Shown: positions 12,201 through 25,389, counted from the first letter of the whole stretch. The stretch: DNA of 58,487 bases, filler included, from Bipalium vagum (GCA_037834085.1; 3 parts of 3 records of this genome joined end to end with filler, not necessarily neighbours in it), one strand, 5' to 3'. Notes: generated by a model not told the origin, from the letters alone. Translations and numbers: made by a program.

Positions 12201-14676
12201 TTCCATTAGCAATCTCAAAATATATTCCTATTTTCCCTTTAAGAAAAATTCAATATATATTAATTTCTAATTTCCCTTTAGATAAAAATATTTTGATAAA
12301 TTTTTAAATACATAAAATATATTTAATAAGAGTTTTATTTTGTAGATATATATATTTGATAAATGTTCATATTATGTGAATATTAATTGCGATTTTCAAA
12401 AAACGTTAATATATCACAAATCTAACTTGACTCGTGCACCAATAATAAGATTTTTTATGTAAAATTGCCACTTTATTTAGCAAAAATCATAACAGTGGAA
12501 AATTTTTAAATATATTAATTATGCAATTCGTTATGAAAATAAAAAATACGAATTTATGACTTAAGACTATGGCACATTTCGCAGTGTTTTGTGCCACATT
12601 AAAATTTTATATAATTATAAAAATTAATTATTATATCTTTAGGATCTTTATAACACAAAACAATAATCTAATTTTTAATTATTTTTAGAAGTGAAATAAG
12701 AGTTTTTTTACATAATAATAATAAATAAAATAAATAAATAAAATTATCACAATAATGTACCATACCATTTTCAATAAAAATCTGGAGAAATTAAAATTTT
12801 TTTAAATGTTAAAAACACCTTAACATAATAATTATCAACAATTAAAAACTGTTCATTCGTCGTTGGCAAATTTCCAAAAAATTATTATCTACCGAGAAAT
12901 TCTCGTTAGTTTCCGTATCCCTGTCTGTTAATATTCCTATAAATTTTATCTGAGACCCAACATATCAATTGAATGATATTGGTATATAAGCCATACCGAA
13001 TTGATTTACGTTCTATATAAATAATATATTTAAAAAATGAAATTAAGAGAAAAAAATATATACACATTATATACATCTGTATAATATGTTTGTAATTTTT
13101 GCAAGAGTAACCGTACTGAGGAAATATTTGTTTTACTTCTATGAATAATTTATCGTTTTAATTATTGACTATTTGCATAAAATACCCAAACATTGTTCAA
13201 TTGTGAATCCTTAATGATTTACAAAATTTTATCCAATATAAACATGTAAATTTCGATCATTGACATCAATGTTCATAAATAATTATGATAATGAATATCA
13301 AAAGAAATGAATTTATCTGCATTTGTCTTATAAAATATATGAGGAAAGCAGGGAAATAATTATCAAAGAAAACATTGCGCAGATATGATAAATATATCAA
13401 AAAATTCTTGATTTATTATTTTTACTAATTGTACATATATGTATATAGATATATAATCGACCAAAATATATTAAAATAATATTTTATTGATTATCAATAT
13501 ATTTTTATAACATTGATATTTTATTTTTCAATAAATAAGAAGTGAATAAAATAAATTTTAAAAATATAAAATTAACAAAATATTGCTATAAACGACCTCA
13601 ATAAATTAATTTGAATATTTTCAGTGAGAAGTCGGTAATTGCATTAATCACATTTTTTAAAGAGGGTTACTGCAGAGAGTAAAATAAATTTTAAAAAATA
13701 CATTATTTTCTTTCGTGTACAATTAAAATAGAGAATAAAAATTCAATTTAAACTGCTCATTTAAAGTACAATGGAAATCAGATCATGAAAATCAAAGAAA
13801 AACACATATTGTGATTATGTAATAAAGAAATAAATATTTGTACTTTGCTGAACATATTTATTTAGATAACGAAAACAAGAAATAAAAGTAATAGTGATCT
13901 CCATTACGAAAGAGTCGTGAAAATGACGACAAATTACGAAAATCAATATTTTTCATAGTAAATTAAATTTTAAATAAAACAAAAAATTACATTCTTGCTT
14001 GAAAGTGAAATATTCTGTCAAATGTCTACATTCGTGATTTCCACGGAGTAAGTGTAAAGTATTGGGATATAACAGTTTTAAGGACCATAAAAAGAGCACC
14101 ACTTCAATACTATAATAGCCTCTATCAACGTAATCTCCAAGAAACAAATATCGAGTAGTAGCTGGATTGCCACCAACTTCCAACAACTTCATAAGATCAA
14201 AAAATTGACCGTGAATATCACCACAAACTGGAAAAAAATAAATAATAAATATAAAATAATAAATATATAATGAAAATTAGATTAGAGCTTAAAATCCATT
14301 TGTACCTGTAACAGGAGCTTCAAGGTCCAACATTGTACGTTCTCTTCGTAATAAAGCACCACCTTCATTTATTAATCTTAATGCAACATCTTCGCTGACA
14401 CGACCCTCTAAGAGAAAATGATTTTTTAACTTTTCCAACACAGGTTTTCCTTTTGAATCAAATACATCAGTCATTGACAATTTATTACTGGGTGGAAAGG
14501 GAACGCCTAGAAATAGAGATTTTGAATAAAACTTTACAGTAAATTTATTGTAAATATTAGGTTAATAAATTCTCATATTTAACTAAAGATTAAGATGGAA
14601 AACCAATTTAAAAATTTAAATTTTTACTTTCGACAGCTCTTTCGGTCGTTGAAATTAAATTCTTGCTTTGAGGCAT
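2109..14676 (-). CDS. PPP3CA: Calcineurin A (serine/threonine-protein phosphatase 2B catalytic subunit), 12 exons, ~518 aa
   Basis: Phase-consistent GT-AG exons: 14676-14628, 14506-14306, 14227-13991, 10717-10572, 10529-10312, 7619-7525, 7438-7313, 7130-7053, 3703-3619, 2528-2431, 2384-2262, 2209-2109 (1557 nt). Contains PPP motifs GDIHG, GDYVDRG, RGNHE and SAPNY, the CnB-binding helix [20 protein letters not shown], the CaM-binding [23 protein letters not shown] and the autoinhibitory [17 protein letters not shown]. The last exon is less certain; without that splice the stop is at 2233. Confidence 0.96.
3851..5092 (-). mobile_element. Full-length, non-functional mariner (DD34D, mellifera-like) in calcineurin intron 8
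   Basis: ~35-bp TIRs TTGAGTTGTCCGGAAAGTTCATTCCGA / TTGGGTTGTCCAGAAAGTTCGTTCCGA with flanking TA. Transposase from ATG 4942 ([22 protein letters not shown]) with VTGDEKW, HQDN.RPH and [11 protein letters not shown]; broken by frameshifts and stops. Confidence 0.95.
6171..6243. repeat. (TTA)n microsatellite
   Basis: ~24 perfect TTA units. Confidence 0.97.
7815..7934. mobile_element. 120-bp pogo/Tigger-like MITE
   Basis: Imperfect TIRs CATTGAAACCTGTTAATTTTGG / CAGTGAGACCTCTTAATGTTTGG with TA on both sides. Confidence 0.7.
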
Positions 14677-15499
14677 TTATATTATAAAAAAATAATATTT
14701 AAATCAATATTACATATAAGAGTAGTTGAAAAATTTACAAAACAATAGTTGATTTTAACAAAGTCATTTAAGATAAATAAATTAATAATTCGAATATGAA
14801 AATTCTGTCTTATGTGCTGAAATGAATATTAAGCTTTAATAACAGTATCAAAATATCATTAAATTAATAAGTAGATTTATAAAAAAACAGTATATAATTT
14901 CGAAAATATTTTCATCATAAATTTGGTCAAAGTACTTTGAAATATATTTACATTATTGATTTTGTATTATTAAAATGTTCATTAAATTTAAATATGTAAA
15001 GACTAAATTAAATTAAGCAGGGAATTATCGCATTGATTTTTTATGAATTTTAAATCAATTTTAAAATAATCATAAGAAAATCTTCACATATAATATTGAT
15101 ATCAAATTATAATAAGGTATGATAGTTTTGGTGTATCATATGTCCGCTAGATTTCGAAAAAATTGTAACTTGTTTCATTTTACCATTAAAATTCCAATTA
15201 TCAACGTTTCTTTTTAAATTACATTTTCAAAAACTCTAGGTGCATTTATTTGTACAATACATGACCATTAAAATAGACTAAAAAATATCGTTTTTTATCT
15301 TAAATTCAATTTTTATAAGGATCTCAAAGTCATTCATGCAAATATGTGTATTCTTTTAGTTTTTGAAAACTAAATTTGATTAAGTTTTAATACTTTTAAA
15401 TAGTAAAATTTTGAAAAGTTGGTATTTAACGGTTAAAACCCCAGAATTAAATAAAATTTTCAAAAGGCATATACCTTAGGGAGTTACATTTAAAATCTT

Positions 15500-16215
15500 T
15501 AAACATAATCAAACCATGTGATTTATCGGACAGACACAAATCTATGAAAAAGAATTGTGTGTATTCGATAAAAAGTAGGTTTAATAAACAAATTCTGATG
15601 ATAGCAAGCAGTGGTTATCACCTGATCATCACCTTATCATCCACTTAAGACCTCAAAACTAAGCATATTCCCAAAAAAGGTTATATTGTCAGTCTGGTTG
15701 GATGGCTTAGGAGTCATTTATTGAGAATTCTTGAAAAATGGCAAAACTATTGACTCTGAACTTTACTGCCAACAATTAGGCAGTTTGCCTTCCGCTCTTA
15801 AAGAAAAGTCCAATTTTGTTAGCAGAAAAGGAGTTATTTTTTAGCATAACAATGCTAAGCTCCATGAATCAAAATACAGAAGAAATTAAGAGAACTGTGT
15901 TATGAAGTCTTGCCATATCCATCATATAGCCCAGACTCCATGGCTACAGATTATCATCTGTTCTACTTAGTGGCTCATTCTCTTAAAGGAAAACTTTGTG
16001 AAAAACTGGAAGACATAAGAAATGACTTACAAATGTCTTATGATGAAAAAACTACTGAATTTTATTCCAATGGCATTCATTCTTTGGTAGATATACGGAA
16101 GAGAGTAGTTGAAAGTGATGGAGAATATTTAATTAATTAATGTCTTTATATAAATAATAAAATTTATTTTGAAGTTTTGTTGATTAGAGGTTCATAATTA
16201 AATCGGATCCATAAT
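15500..16215 (+). mobile_element. Mariner transposase relic, 3' half
   Basis: PKKVILSVW.DGLGVIY, TIDSELYCQQL, HNNA, LPYPSYSPDSMATDYHLF, RVVESDGEY*. Confidence 0.85.
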
Positions 16216-17282
16216 ATTTTGAAAGTTGTAAAAAAGGTAAATCACAAAGAATATTGAAATTTTTTGAATGTGTTCTTAATTTTTTTTTCAGATAATGCTT
16301 TGAATTTTAGATTGGTGAAAAAATGAATTGGGAAAATTAAGGAAGTTATTGGTATATTGATTTTATTTTTCCTGTTTAATAATTTAATTTATCAAATGAA
16401 AAAAATGTACAACGTTTTCAAACTGTAGAAAATCAAGATCATTAGAAGATAAAGAAAATTTATCAAAATATAAAAATATTTACATTAGTTTATATTACAT
16501 TAATAAGTATCAAGATTTGCAATGTAGGTTTCCAACTATTAGCATGCTTTAGCAGTCTCTAAAATGTACTTTTTCATTAGACTTAAAAATCACACTTCGA
16601 CATGGCACAGACGGTGAACTAAAATATTCTTTAAAAAATAAACTTGAAAACAAACTTATTGATTGAGTACTTTTACAAAATTTTTATTTTTACATTTAGT
16701 GAAATTGAAGAAAGCAATATTATTTATAGCTTGTCTTAAAGAAATAAATCAAAAGATTCTCAAAGCTTAGTGAACAAAATTAACTTGAGATTTTTTTGAA
16801 AAATTAATATTTGATTATTTATTTTGTTTTAATAACGTAATAATTAACAAGCAGCATGGATATTTATTATGGATAAAAATATAAAAATATTATTTGTTTA
16901 CTCAATGTTACACTTATAATTATTTGGTGAGTATTCTTTTAAATCATCGATTTGATATTTCCTTTTTCTGCTACTGTATTTCAGTATTATGATTATTAAA
17001 GAATTCTGTTTCAAATGCTTCATAAATTAAGTTAGAAATTGGACTTTAATTTATCTTGTTAAAGGAAATTGTCCTATTGATTTTATTTAGATTAGTATGT
17101 AGGTTTGATTATTAATTTTCCTCATGGTTATGTCGTCTCTCATTTAATTAATTAAATTAATCGCTGACTTAGTGACTTCAAATAGATTATTCTATCTTAA
17201 CTGAACTCTAAATATTTAACTTATATTTCATTTGATAAAATTTATATTTTTTAATTAAAATTATATTTAAAAAAGATTTTCA

Positions 17283-18270
17283 ATGGAATGGAGACGGGAA
17301 ATGCATGAGATTAATAGGAGTAGATCAATAACCAATTAAAATCAAATTAAAATGGTTGGACAGGAAGAAACTTTAGACCAAGTGCATTTTTTAAAAGAAT
17401 TCGAGCAGGAAGAGAAAAAGAATCATTGCGGATCAATTAGAAAGCAACAGCAAAATTAACACAGTCCCAATTTGAAGATCCTGATTGAGTAGTTTTAGAG
17501 AAAGTATCTGAAGAAGAACCACAAGGAACTAGAGGAATATCATTACCAGATCAAACCCAGAAGAAGCTCGAAAGGAAAAATTATCAGTAGAAGTATTAGA
17601 GCAGGAGGAACTACCGAGACTACAACAATCAAGATCTGGAAATAACCCACTTGAGAGACCAAGAAGGCATCCAAATGTACAATTTCCTCAAGGCATCAGC
17701 AAGGAACTAAAAGTATAGTACGTAGAGAATATTTGCACAGACTGGTCGATCGTAAGTATAGAAGCCACAAGAGAGGATTGATAGAATTAATGGATCCTTC
17801 AATGGAGGTGACTAAAGAACAAGACGATTTAACAATAGAAATATTTTTGGAAATGTCAAAAATTTTATCAAATATACGAAGATTTTGTGGAGGAACAGAT
17901 AGTATGAGCGATGATATATGGTTAGTGTAATTATGTGAAGAAAAAATGGAAAAAGTAAAGACAATGGTAGGTATAGCACTAATTTTGAAAAGAACCAATA
18001 AAAAGAATCGAGAGTGGGAAAGATGAAAAACAGAAATATTAATTCGGAGACCCAACAAAATGATTTAGGATTATTTTGGACCATGGATGCAGTTAAATTA
18101 AGAATGACGAAGTTAATTGGGAACAAAGCAGGAATCAGAATCAGAAGCCGGATCAACTACAGAAAGATCAGAGGAACCTTCAGGAAGACAAAGAACAAGG
18201 CAAGAAAAATAACAGGAAGAGCTGAGAAAAGATTATAGTCATCCCAGGGAGATCGAAGACCAACAGACGA
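17283..18270 (+). mobile_element. Decayed purine-rich coding relic, possibly retrotransposon gag
   Basis: Broken frames including IRRFCGG...DDIWL, resembling the F-x-G...W start of gag capsid domains; many stops. Confidence 0.3.
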
Positions 18271-18599
18271 TTAACCATTATCAATAATACTAATCATGAT
18301 TTTTAAAAAAATATGAATAAAACTAAAGCATTGGTAGCATATGGCTGCACATAACCAAAAATGGGTAGAGTCTGTTCTCTCGTATACCTTGAAAAATGAA
18401 GAAATGTTGGGTTTTTTTGAAAATGAGTAGAGATAATAAAATTTCCCTTTCTAATGAATTAATTGATAATTATAAAATAATGTTCGACTATGTTATAATT
18501 TTAAAACGTAGTATATTACTGGAAAGATATAAAAATATTCTGTAATGTGCTTATAGCAATCCATTTTTAATTTACCTTTTCTTTGGATGCAGAAATATC

Positions 18600-18990
18600 A
18601 AAAAAGGAAGTAGAGATTGATCGACATTTGAAAATTGCGTTGAACGTTTTCGATTATCGTGCAGAATCAATTCTTATTCCTTTTTATGATAATAATTAAA
18701 AACGGAGTCTTTTCAATGCGTAAAAATAGGAATTTTCAAATTTTAATTCCCATATTTTTTGTGATTGATTCAGTAAATGTGAATCACTTTGCTCTACCAA
18801 TGGACTTCAAATTTTTTCAATTGTCTTGGGACCAACAATGAGCGTTTTGGCAAGATCTCGAATGTTCTGACTTGATTATTTCATTTCTTGGTACATTATA
18901 TTTTCATTGAAGATGTTCGCATTCATTGGTATTTGTATTATATTTATATACCTAATGGACTTCAATTACTTATCAAGATTATTTTTACTT
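18600..18990 (-). mobile_element. Decayed mariner fragment (HTH to first catalytic motif)
   Basis: NIRDLAKTL.VGPKTI..LKSIG and ILHDNRKRS across frameshifts. Confidence 0.55.
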
Positions 18991-20188
18991 TTGTCTATTA
19001 AGCACTCATTTTATCTGCTTTGAATTTTAACCTATCTCGATCAACCTCTCCAGATTGAAAATAAACATTTGTCAAAACCAATGATTTTTTATTTATAATA
19101 TACTATATAATGATCAAAAGCAAAAAATGGCGTAAATTGGATGAGATATTATAAAAGCGCAAGAAAACTGCATAAGAAATGTGCAGTCCATAAATAAAAA
19201 TTGGTAGTGACAAAGATTTATTGATTGACAAACATACATATATGTCAAACCTTTAAAACTCATGATTAATTTATGTGTAGAGAATTCATTTTAGATTTTT
19301 TAATTAACATTTAAGTAATAGTTTTAGACCCAGTAAAAATTATCATAGCGCACTTATTTTTCAGTTTATTTTATAAATTTCGTTTTAAAGTAATACAAAC
19401 AAATCATTAGCTATTCTGTCTATCTTTGAACTCATTAATAAAAAATAATTTTCAAAAAATATTAAAACAAACATCCAGCAATGATAAGTTTTTAGTCTTA
19501 AGAATATATCTCCTTAGCTCAATAACCTTATTTTATGTAAACCTGGGGTGTACAGAGTTAAAGAATGAAAGACGATACATTTTTCTCATTATCGTAACAT
19601 TAAAAACATTTCTATATATACTGTAATATAACATAAGAAAAGTATAAATATATATAAATTAACATTTTTTAAAATTTAAAATTATCTCTTGTTCACGCAG
19701 ATCATAAAATGATAAAATAATAATTATTGGGACTCAGTTTAATAATAATAAAATTTCAAATAGATTTGGAATTTATCATTTTTATGTTATTAATTTAAAT
19801 GAATTTTTCACAATTTTTTTAGACATTTGTGGGCGACCAAGCAAATAATAATTTAGACAATTTCGTGTCACATTCATTCGGAGAGCTACTAAAATAATTT
19901 TAATTGTCCGGCTGTAAAACTGATTTTCTTTTACTTAATTTCCTTTCCATTTTTTTTATTCCGGTTGAAAGTCGAAGAATCAAAATTTAAAACTTCACTG
20001 GAGCCAACATATTAAACTGATATAGTAAAAGTTGATCCAACTATAATTAGAATTAAAGACATGGTCATTATTTAAATACATTAAAAGGAATTTTTAAATA
20101 TTATTTTATTTTAATCTTGGAAAATTAAAGGCTTGAAAAGGTTTTCCCTTATAAATTATAAAGTACAGTCTGTCAGTTGAAAATTAAT

Positions 20189-20260
20189 CGGAGATTTCGG
20201 GATTCGAACACGGGACCTTCACATGCGCATAGAATGCTATGACTGCTGAGCTACATCCCC
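20189..20260 (-). pseudogene. tRNA-Ala(CGC)-derived pseudogene / SINE-like head, copy 1
   Basis: GGGGATGTAGCTCAG...ATGCGCATGTGAAGGTCCCGTGTTCGAATCCCGAAATCTCC: A and B boxes and the G3:U70 Ala identity pair are present, with mismatches in the D, anticodon and T stems. Confidence 0.75.
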
Positions 20261-20906
20261 CGACTTATTTTCAATTTATCTCACACAGTCATTTTATTAT
20301 TTTAATTTTTTAATAGATGGTTTTACAAAGGAATTTTAAAAAATATTTATATTAACATATTATACATGTAATACATTATGTAATGTATAATAAATTATAT
20401 GAAAAAAAATATAATTCTAATAAAATATAATATAAAATTATAATGCAAACAAGATATATGTACTTTATTTTAGTTTACTTCTAATAATTATTTCAAGTTC
20501 TCTATTGACCCAAACAGTTAACGAATATCTAAACCTGGTAAATATTTGGAATGTCATATAAAATTCAGGAGAATCCAAAATTACTTTTGTACAAAGTAAA
20601 GCATATTTTACATTTTTGAATATTTTAATTAAATTATTTTATTATTAATTTAAATTAATTCTTAAATAATTTTCTTAAAACTTGGTCATATTATATTGTT
20701 TGGAGAATGTAATTATTTCATGATTATTATAATATATATTTTTATCTCCTTACTAACATTATATAATGATATTTTGTAATCCCACAATGAAATAATCTAT
20801 AATTGCCAATTCTAATTGGATAATAACTGTCGGAAAATATTTAATAGCTCTCTGAGATAAATAATAAATTCCAATAAATATAATAAATAAAATTCATTCA
20901 TCAGAA

Positions 20907-22362
20907 ATGACTTCTCAACTCCGTGAGATTTTCAATACATTCGATAAAGATGGTGATGGACTAATTTCAATCGATGATTTTAATAACCTAATGGAGGCGT
21001 TGGATAAAAATTTTTCTTCGTCTGACCTTAAAGTAAGTTTCTTCAAGCAAAATTGATATATTAAATTTATATGCTTTAGATACTACTAAGAGAAATCCAA
21101 CCAGAAGGTAAAGAAATGATCGATTTTACAGATTTTGTGACAATTGAAGCAAAACTCAATAGAGAATATAATACCGATGAAGATATAAAACAGGTATGAA
21201 TAAGATTTATATAAATAATAATAGTAATATTAGTTAAATAGATTAATAAAAATTTATTACTTTCAAAATGTCTTTCAACAGAAATTTTTCAAATTTTTCC
21301 GTGATTACCATGAAAAAAAGATGATGAAAAATTTTTATAATTGTGAAATATAAATAAAAAAAATTGTCAAATTAAAAAACAAATCATCTTTAATTTAAAA
21401 TAGTGACATATAAGTGGAAAAATAAATTTCACAAAATAAAGTACGTAATCAATTATTTTTTGATGGAGGTTGAGACAATAACACTGAACAGAAATTTAAA
21501 AATTAATTATTTTATTGATTTCAGCTTTTGAAAACAAATGAAACGATAAAGTAAAGAAGTTCATCCAACAAATTGACGAAATGAAGCATAAGCTTTTAAG
21601 TTTAAGTGTGGAGCCGGTTAATTTTTTTTTCCATAATCATGGTAATGCAAGAACGCCTTTGTTGAACATGACTTCACAATTTGTATGAATTGGATTTGAG
21701 ATCCTTTCAGGATCTTTAATTTACAAAATTTCATTTTCAGACGATATTAAAAATGCCTTCAACGAATTATTAATCTTTCAAATGACATGTTTTTGTTTGA
21801 CCGAAGCAAATAAACTTCACTCTCTCAATATTACAATCGAGCTGATCTTATTTCAATCGATAAAATAAAGTTACTATAATGTTTCTTACAAATTTAAAAT
21901 TTAAAAATAAAAAAACGAAATTTCTTTTGAACCAATCGAATGTAACTTAAAATTTTTACATTTTATTATTAAAAAAAAATAATAATTTTATTTTTCCATA
22001 CCACTTTTTATTAATGGTAAAATATAATGAATTTGATTAACTTATGTTTAAAATATTTAAAAGACATTTTCATGTTATATCATTTTTATTTCTTCACATT
22101 TAAAAGTTTAATAAATTGAAATAATATTTTTTATGTTATCGAGAACCAAGTTGATTATTAAAGTTTAATTTAGGCATTTCTGCTATTTGATAAAGATCAA
22201 GATGGGTTTTTAAATGCATTAGAATTGAGTTGTGTCATGAAAAGTATCGGTGACAACATGTCCCTTGAAGACATTAATGAAATGATCATAATCGGGGATC
22301 ATGATGGAGATGGGAAAATGGGGATTGATGATTTTTCAAAGATGATGAAACGAGATTCATAA
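20907..22362 (+). CDS. Calmodulin-like four-EF-hand protein, ~142 aa
   Basis: Exons 20907-21032, 21080-21193, 22174-22362 (phase 0, GT-AG). EF loops DKDGDGLISIDD, QPEGKEMIDFTD (degenerate), DKDQDGFLNALE, DHDGDGKMGIDD with calmodulin-type helix spacing. A CAG at 20902-20904 could indicate an additional upstream exon. Confidence 0.88.
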
Positions 22363-22867
22363 TATTTCAAAATGGACATGAAAAATGACAAAAACGAACG
22401 ATTTATTAATTGTTGACCAAGTTTTATTTCTCTTATACTTTTACATTTAATCATTTTTTATTTACTTTTATTTTCAATCAAATCATTCTCCGTTTATTGT
22501 TTTGATTTCTTTACTATTTATTTAAATTTTATCGTTTTCTTCTAGATTTACAAAATTTATTTCTCCAAATCTTTTTAATACTTTCAAGTTCAGATAAAAT
22601 TTTTTTTGGTTTGTTGATATGCACTAATTCCATACATATAAGAACTAATAAAATGAAATTATTATTACTCTAGGTCATTCCACATGTTTCACATATGTAT
22701 ATTTAACAAAATAAAATAATTAATAAATTTATGTAAGGGAATCAAAAATTTATAGACTGTTATCGAAGATAGAATGCTTGAATATAATACCCTAATAAAT
22801 GGGATATTGGGTACAAGGATATATTAAAACATGCGTTACAGACAAAAGATTAATTTATAATTTGGTA

Positions 22868-23120
22868 CATGGTTCGTTCAAAAAGTTTCCGGACTAGCAT
22901 ATTTAAAAGACAATATTGTAAATATTAAATATTTATTTTACAAGTTAAACATCATACATTCTCAAACCAGTTGCCATTTGCATCAATAAATTTTGTCCAG
23001 CTCACAGGGAGTTCATTAAGCGCATTATGGTAAATATTCATAGAAAGCTCATCAAAAAGAGCGAACAGTCTCTTCTAAGTCATCTGATGACTCAAACATC
23101 ATTCCACCTTTTGAACGAAC
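22868..23120 (-). mobile_element. Mariner 3' end fragment
   Basis: TIR-like CATGGTTCGTTCAAAAAGTTTCCGGACT after TA; C-terminal LPVSWTKFIDANGNWF. Confidence 0.6.
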
Positions 23121-23399
23121 CATGAACTTTTATGAGACTGATAAAAGGATCAATGAAACTAGAGTTCCATAAAAAAATAACAGAAAATGTAAGTTTCCAT
23201 GAAAACTTTCATTAATGTGCTTATGGTGAAAGTAAAAGAAAAATATTCTGATCTATTTAAAATCTAACTCATTAAATTTACCTCAGTGAATTAAGAGTAT
23301 TTCTAAATATATTTTGAAAAAGTATTTAGAAGAGGACGTTATTTTGGATTACTGCACTAAAATAAAAATGAATAAATTAATTTGAAATCTTTTAGACAA

Positions 23400-23610
23400 C
23401 AAATGAGGCTGAAAGAAAAGATAAATAAAACTAACATTTTTTTAATGATAATAATTGGAACACTTCATTAACCAATGAGCAACAAAAACATAGGATCAAA
23501 ATATGTCAACAATTATTATGTAATCCACGTGATGAATGGTTTCTTTTAAAAAATCATTACTTCTGACAAAAAATGAATTATTTTACCGATTATAACAGAC
23601 AAAGTTACAT
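23400..23610 (+). mobile_element. Mariner internal fragment
   Basis: LTNEQQKHRIKICQQLL followed by IITSDKK* (TxDEKW motif). Confidence 0.55.
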
Positions 23611-23955
23611 TTTTTCAGATCTGATTGACACTGATTGACATTGATTGATTTTGATTTTTTTTTATCAATTGTTCTTTGTTTTAACCCTTCGTTAAGATCT
23701 TTTTTGTTTTTTACTAGGCTGTCATATTATTTTGTCATACTTTTTGTTATAGTAAGTTTTTACAACTATTTTCATTAAAATATTTCTTCAATTTAATATA
23801 AATTTCCGTAAAAGGTGTTTCCTCAAATACTCAATCATCATTTATTCTTATTTTAAATGTCGCAATAATAATGAGGAAATGTTTAATTCACAATAAAATA
23901 TTTCGTTTTCATATTTGACATTTACCAATATATTTCAAGGTTACAAAAATATACC

Positions 23956-24408
23956 ATGCATAATAACTTATTTTTAAGACGAATAAAAATGGAATTAAAA
24001 GTTTTGGAAGAATTGTCTTTAGTGACTGCTCAACCTGATCCAGATAATTTTTACAAATGGAATGGTACCATCCAAGGCGCAACTGGTACACCTTTCGAAG
24101 GAGGCGTATTCAAATTGGATATTGAGTTACCCAAGAACTATCCATTTTCAGCTCCAAAAGTTTTTCTTAAAACTAAAATATTTCATCCAAATATTTTAGA
24201 AAACAAAATTTGTGTTGATTTCTTAAAAGAAAAATGGAGTTTTGCAATGAATATTCAGTCGACTTTGTTATCAATATTAATTTTGTTAAATGATCCAAAT
24301 GTAGAGAGTCCGTTAAATGGAGAGGCAGCTCACCTTTGGAAAATTGACCGAGAAAAGTATAATGAGATTGCTAGAGAATGGGTACGAATATATGCTTCGA
24401 AAAAATAA
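23956..24408 (+). CDS. Ubiquitin-conjugating enzyme E2, UBE2D/Ubc4-like, intronless, 150 aa
   Basis: Single intact ORF with GTPFEGGVF, YPFSAPKV, FHPNI, catalytic Cys in ICVDFLKEKWS, LLNDPNVESPLN and AREW. Confidence 0.93.
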   Translation: MHNNLFLRRIKMELKVLEELSLVTAQPDPDNFYKWNGTIQGATGTPFEGGVFKLDIELPKNYPFSAPKVFLKTKIFHPNILENKICVDFLKEKWSFAMNIQSTLLSILILLNDPNVESPLNGEAAHLWKIDREKYNEIAREWVRIYASKK

Positions 24409-25389
24409 TTTGTTGGATATGAAGCTAGCACGTGAAATTTGTAATTTTATTGAAATAAACTAATTACCAATATGAAGACAGTTTAAAATCTTTGGCTCTT
24501 TAAAAATTACAATCATTTTTGTTTGAGTTTACAAAATAATTAAAATAATACTTGATCGAGTTTGTTAATTATTTATTAAATATATAACTTTTTAAAATAA
24601 TAATATTATTATTCTCTTTTTGAATATATATTTGTATTAAATTCTGTTTCTAAATCCAGAATATTGTTGGCTTAGCCAAGGTCACACCTCTGTTAACCCA
24701 GATAAAAATCATATGATAAAGATTGTAATGGGTCAGAAGTGTAATAATATTAATAATAATACTAAAACAATAATGAAAATTTAATAAAAAAGTACAAAGT
24801 TAATTAAAAAGAATATTGATATAAAAAGCAATTTATTATTTTTCTAAAAAGGATCTAATTTTGACAAAGGTGAAGCTAAATTTCCAAGATTAGATCAGGT
24901 CCGCAAGGAGGAACCGACTTAGTAATAAAGATCTAAAAAGGTAATTAACATTCCCCATTAATCAAACTGTTCTACGACTGATTAGTCGTCTGACCAGAAT
25001 ATTATTTAAGGAGTTGGAAACCGCAGTGGATTGCCACAAAAAGAGATCTCAACTTATTAATTTTTATTTGTCAAGGAAAATTTGTGCCCGAAGAATTATA
25101 TATCAGAAAGTCCAAAACTGTTGTCAGAAAATTTCCATTTGTAATTTGTTTTTTATGCCCTCAAATATGCGACAGGAGCTTCCGATGGATTCTGTGCTGT
25201 TAGCGGGGTTTTTGAGCAAACCGGATTGGGCTCAGAAAACCACCTTTTAGACCCGTCGTCATCTAAATCGGTGATAATATCAGTGTTTTTCTTGTTATTT
25301 TTTCTGTTTAACATTAATTGATAATTTGATTAAACATTTGACTATAAATTAATATTTTGGTTTATTGATATTGTTAGGTTCAAATAAAT

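Noticed and set aside
17696-18156. Hydrophobic minus-strand ORFs resembling membrane proteins
   Set aside because: Artefact of the purine-rich opposite strand.
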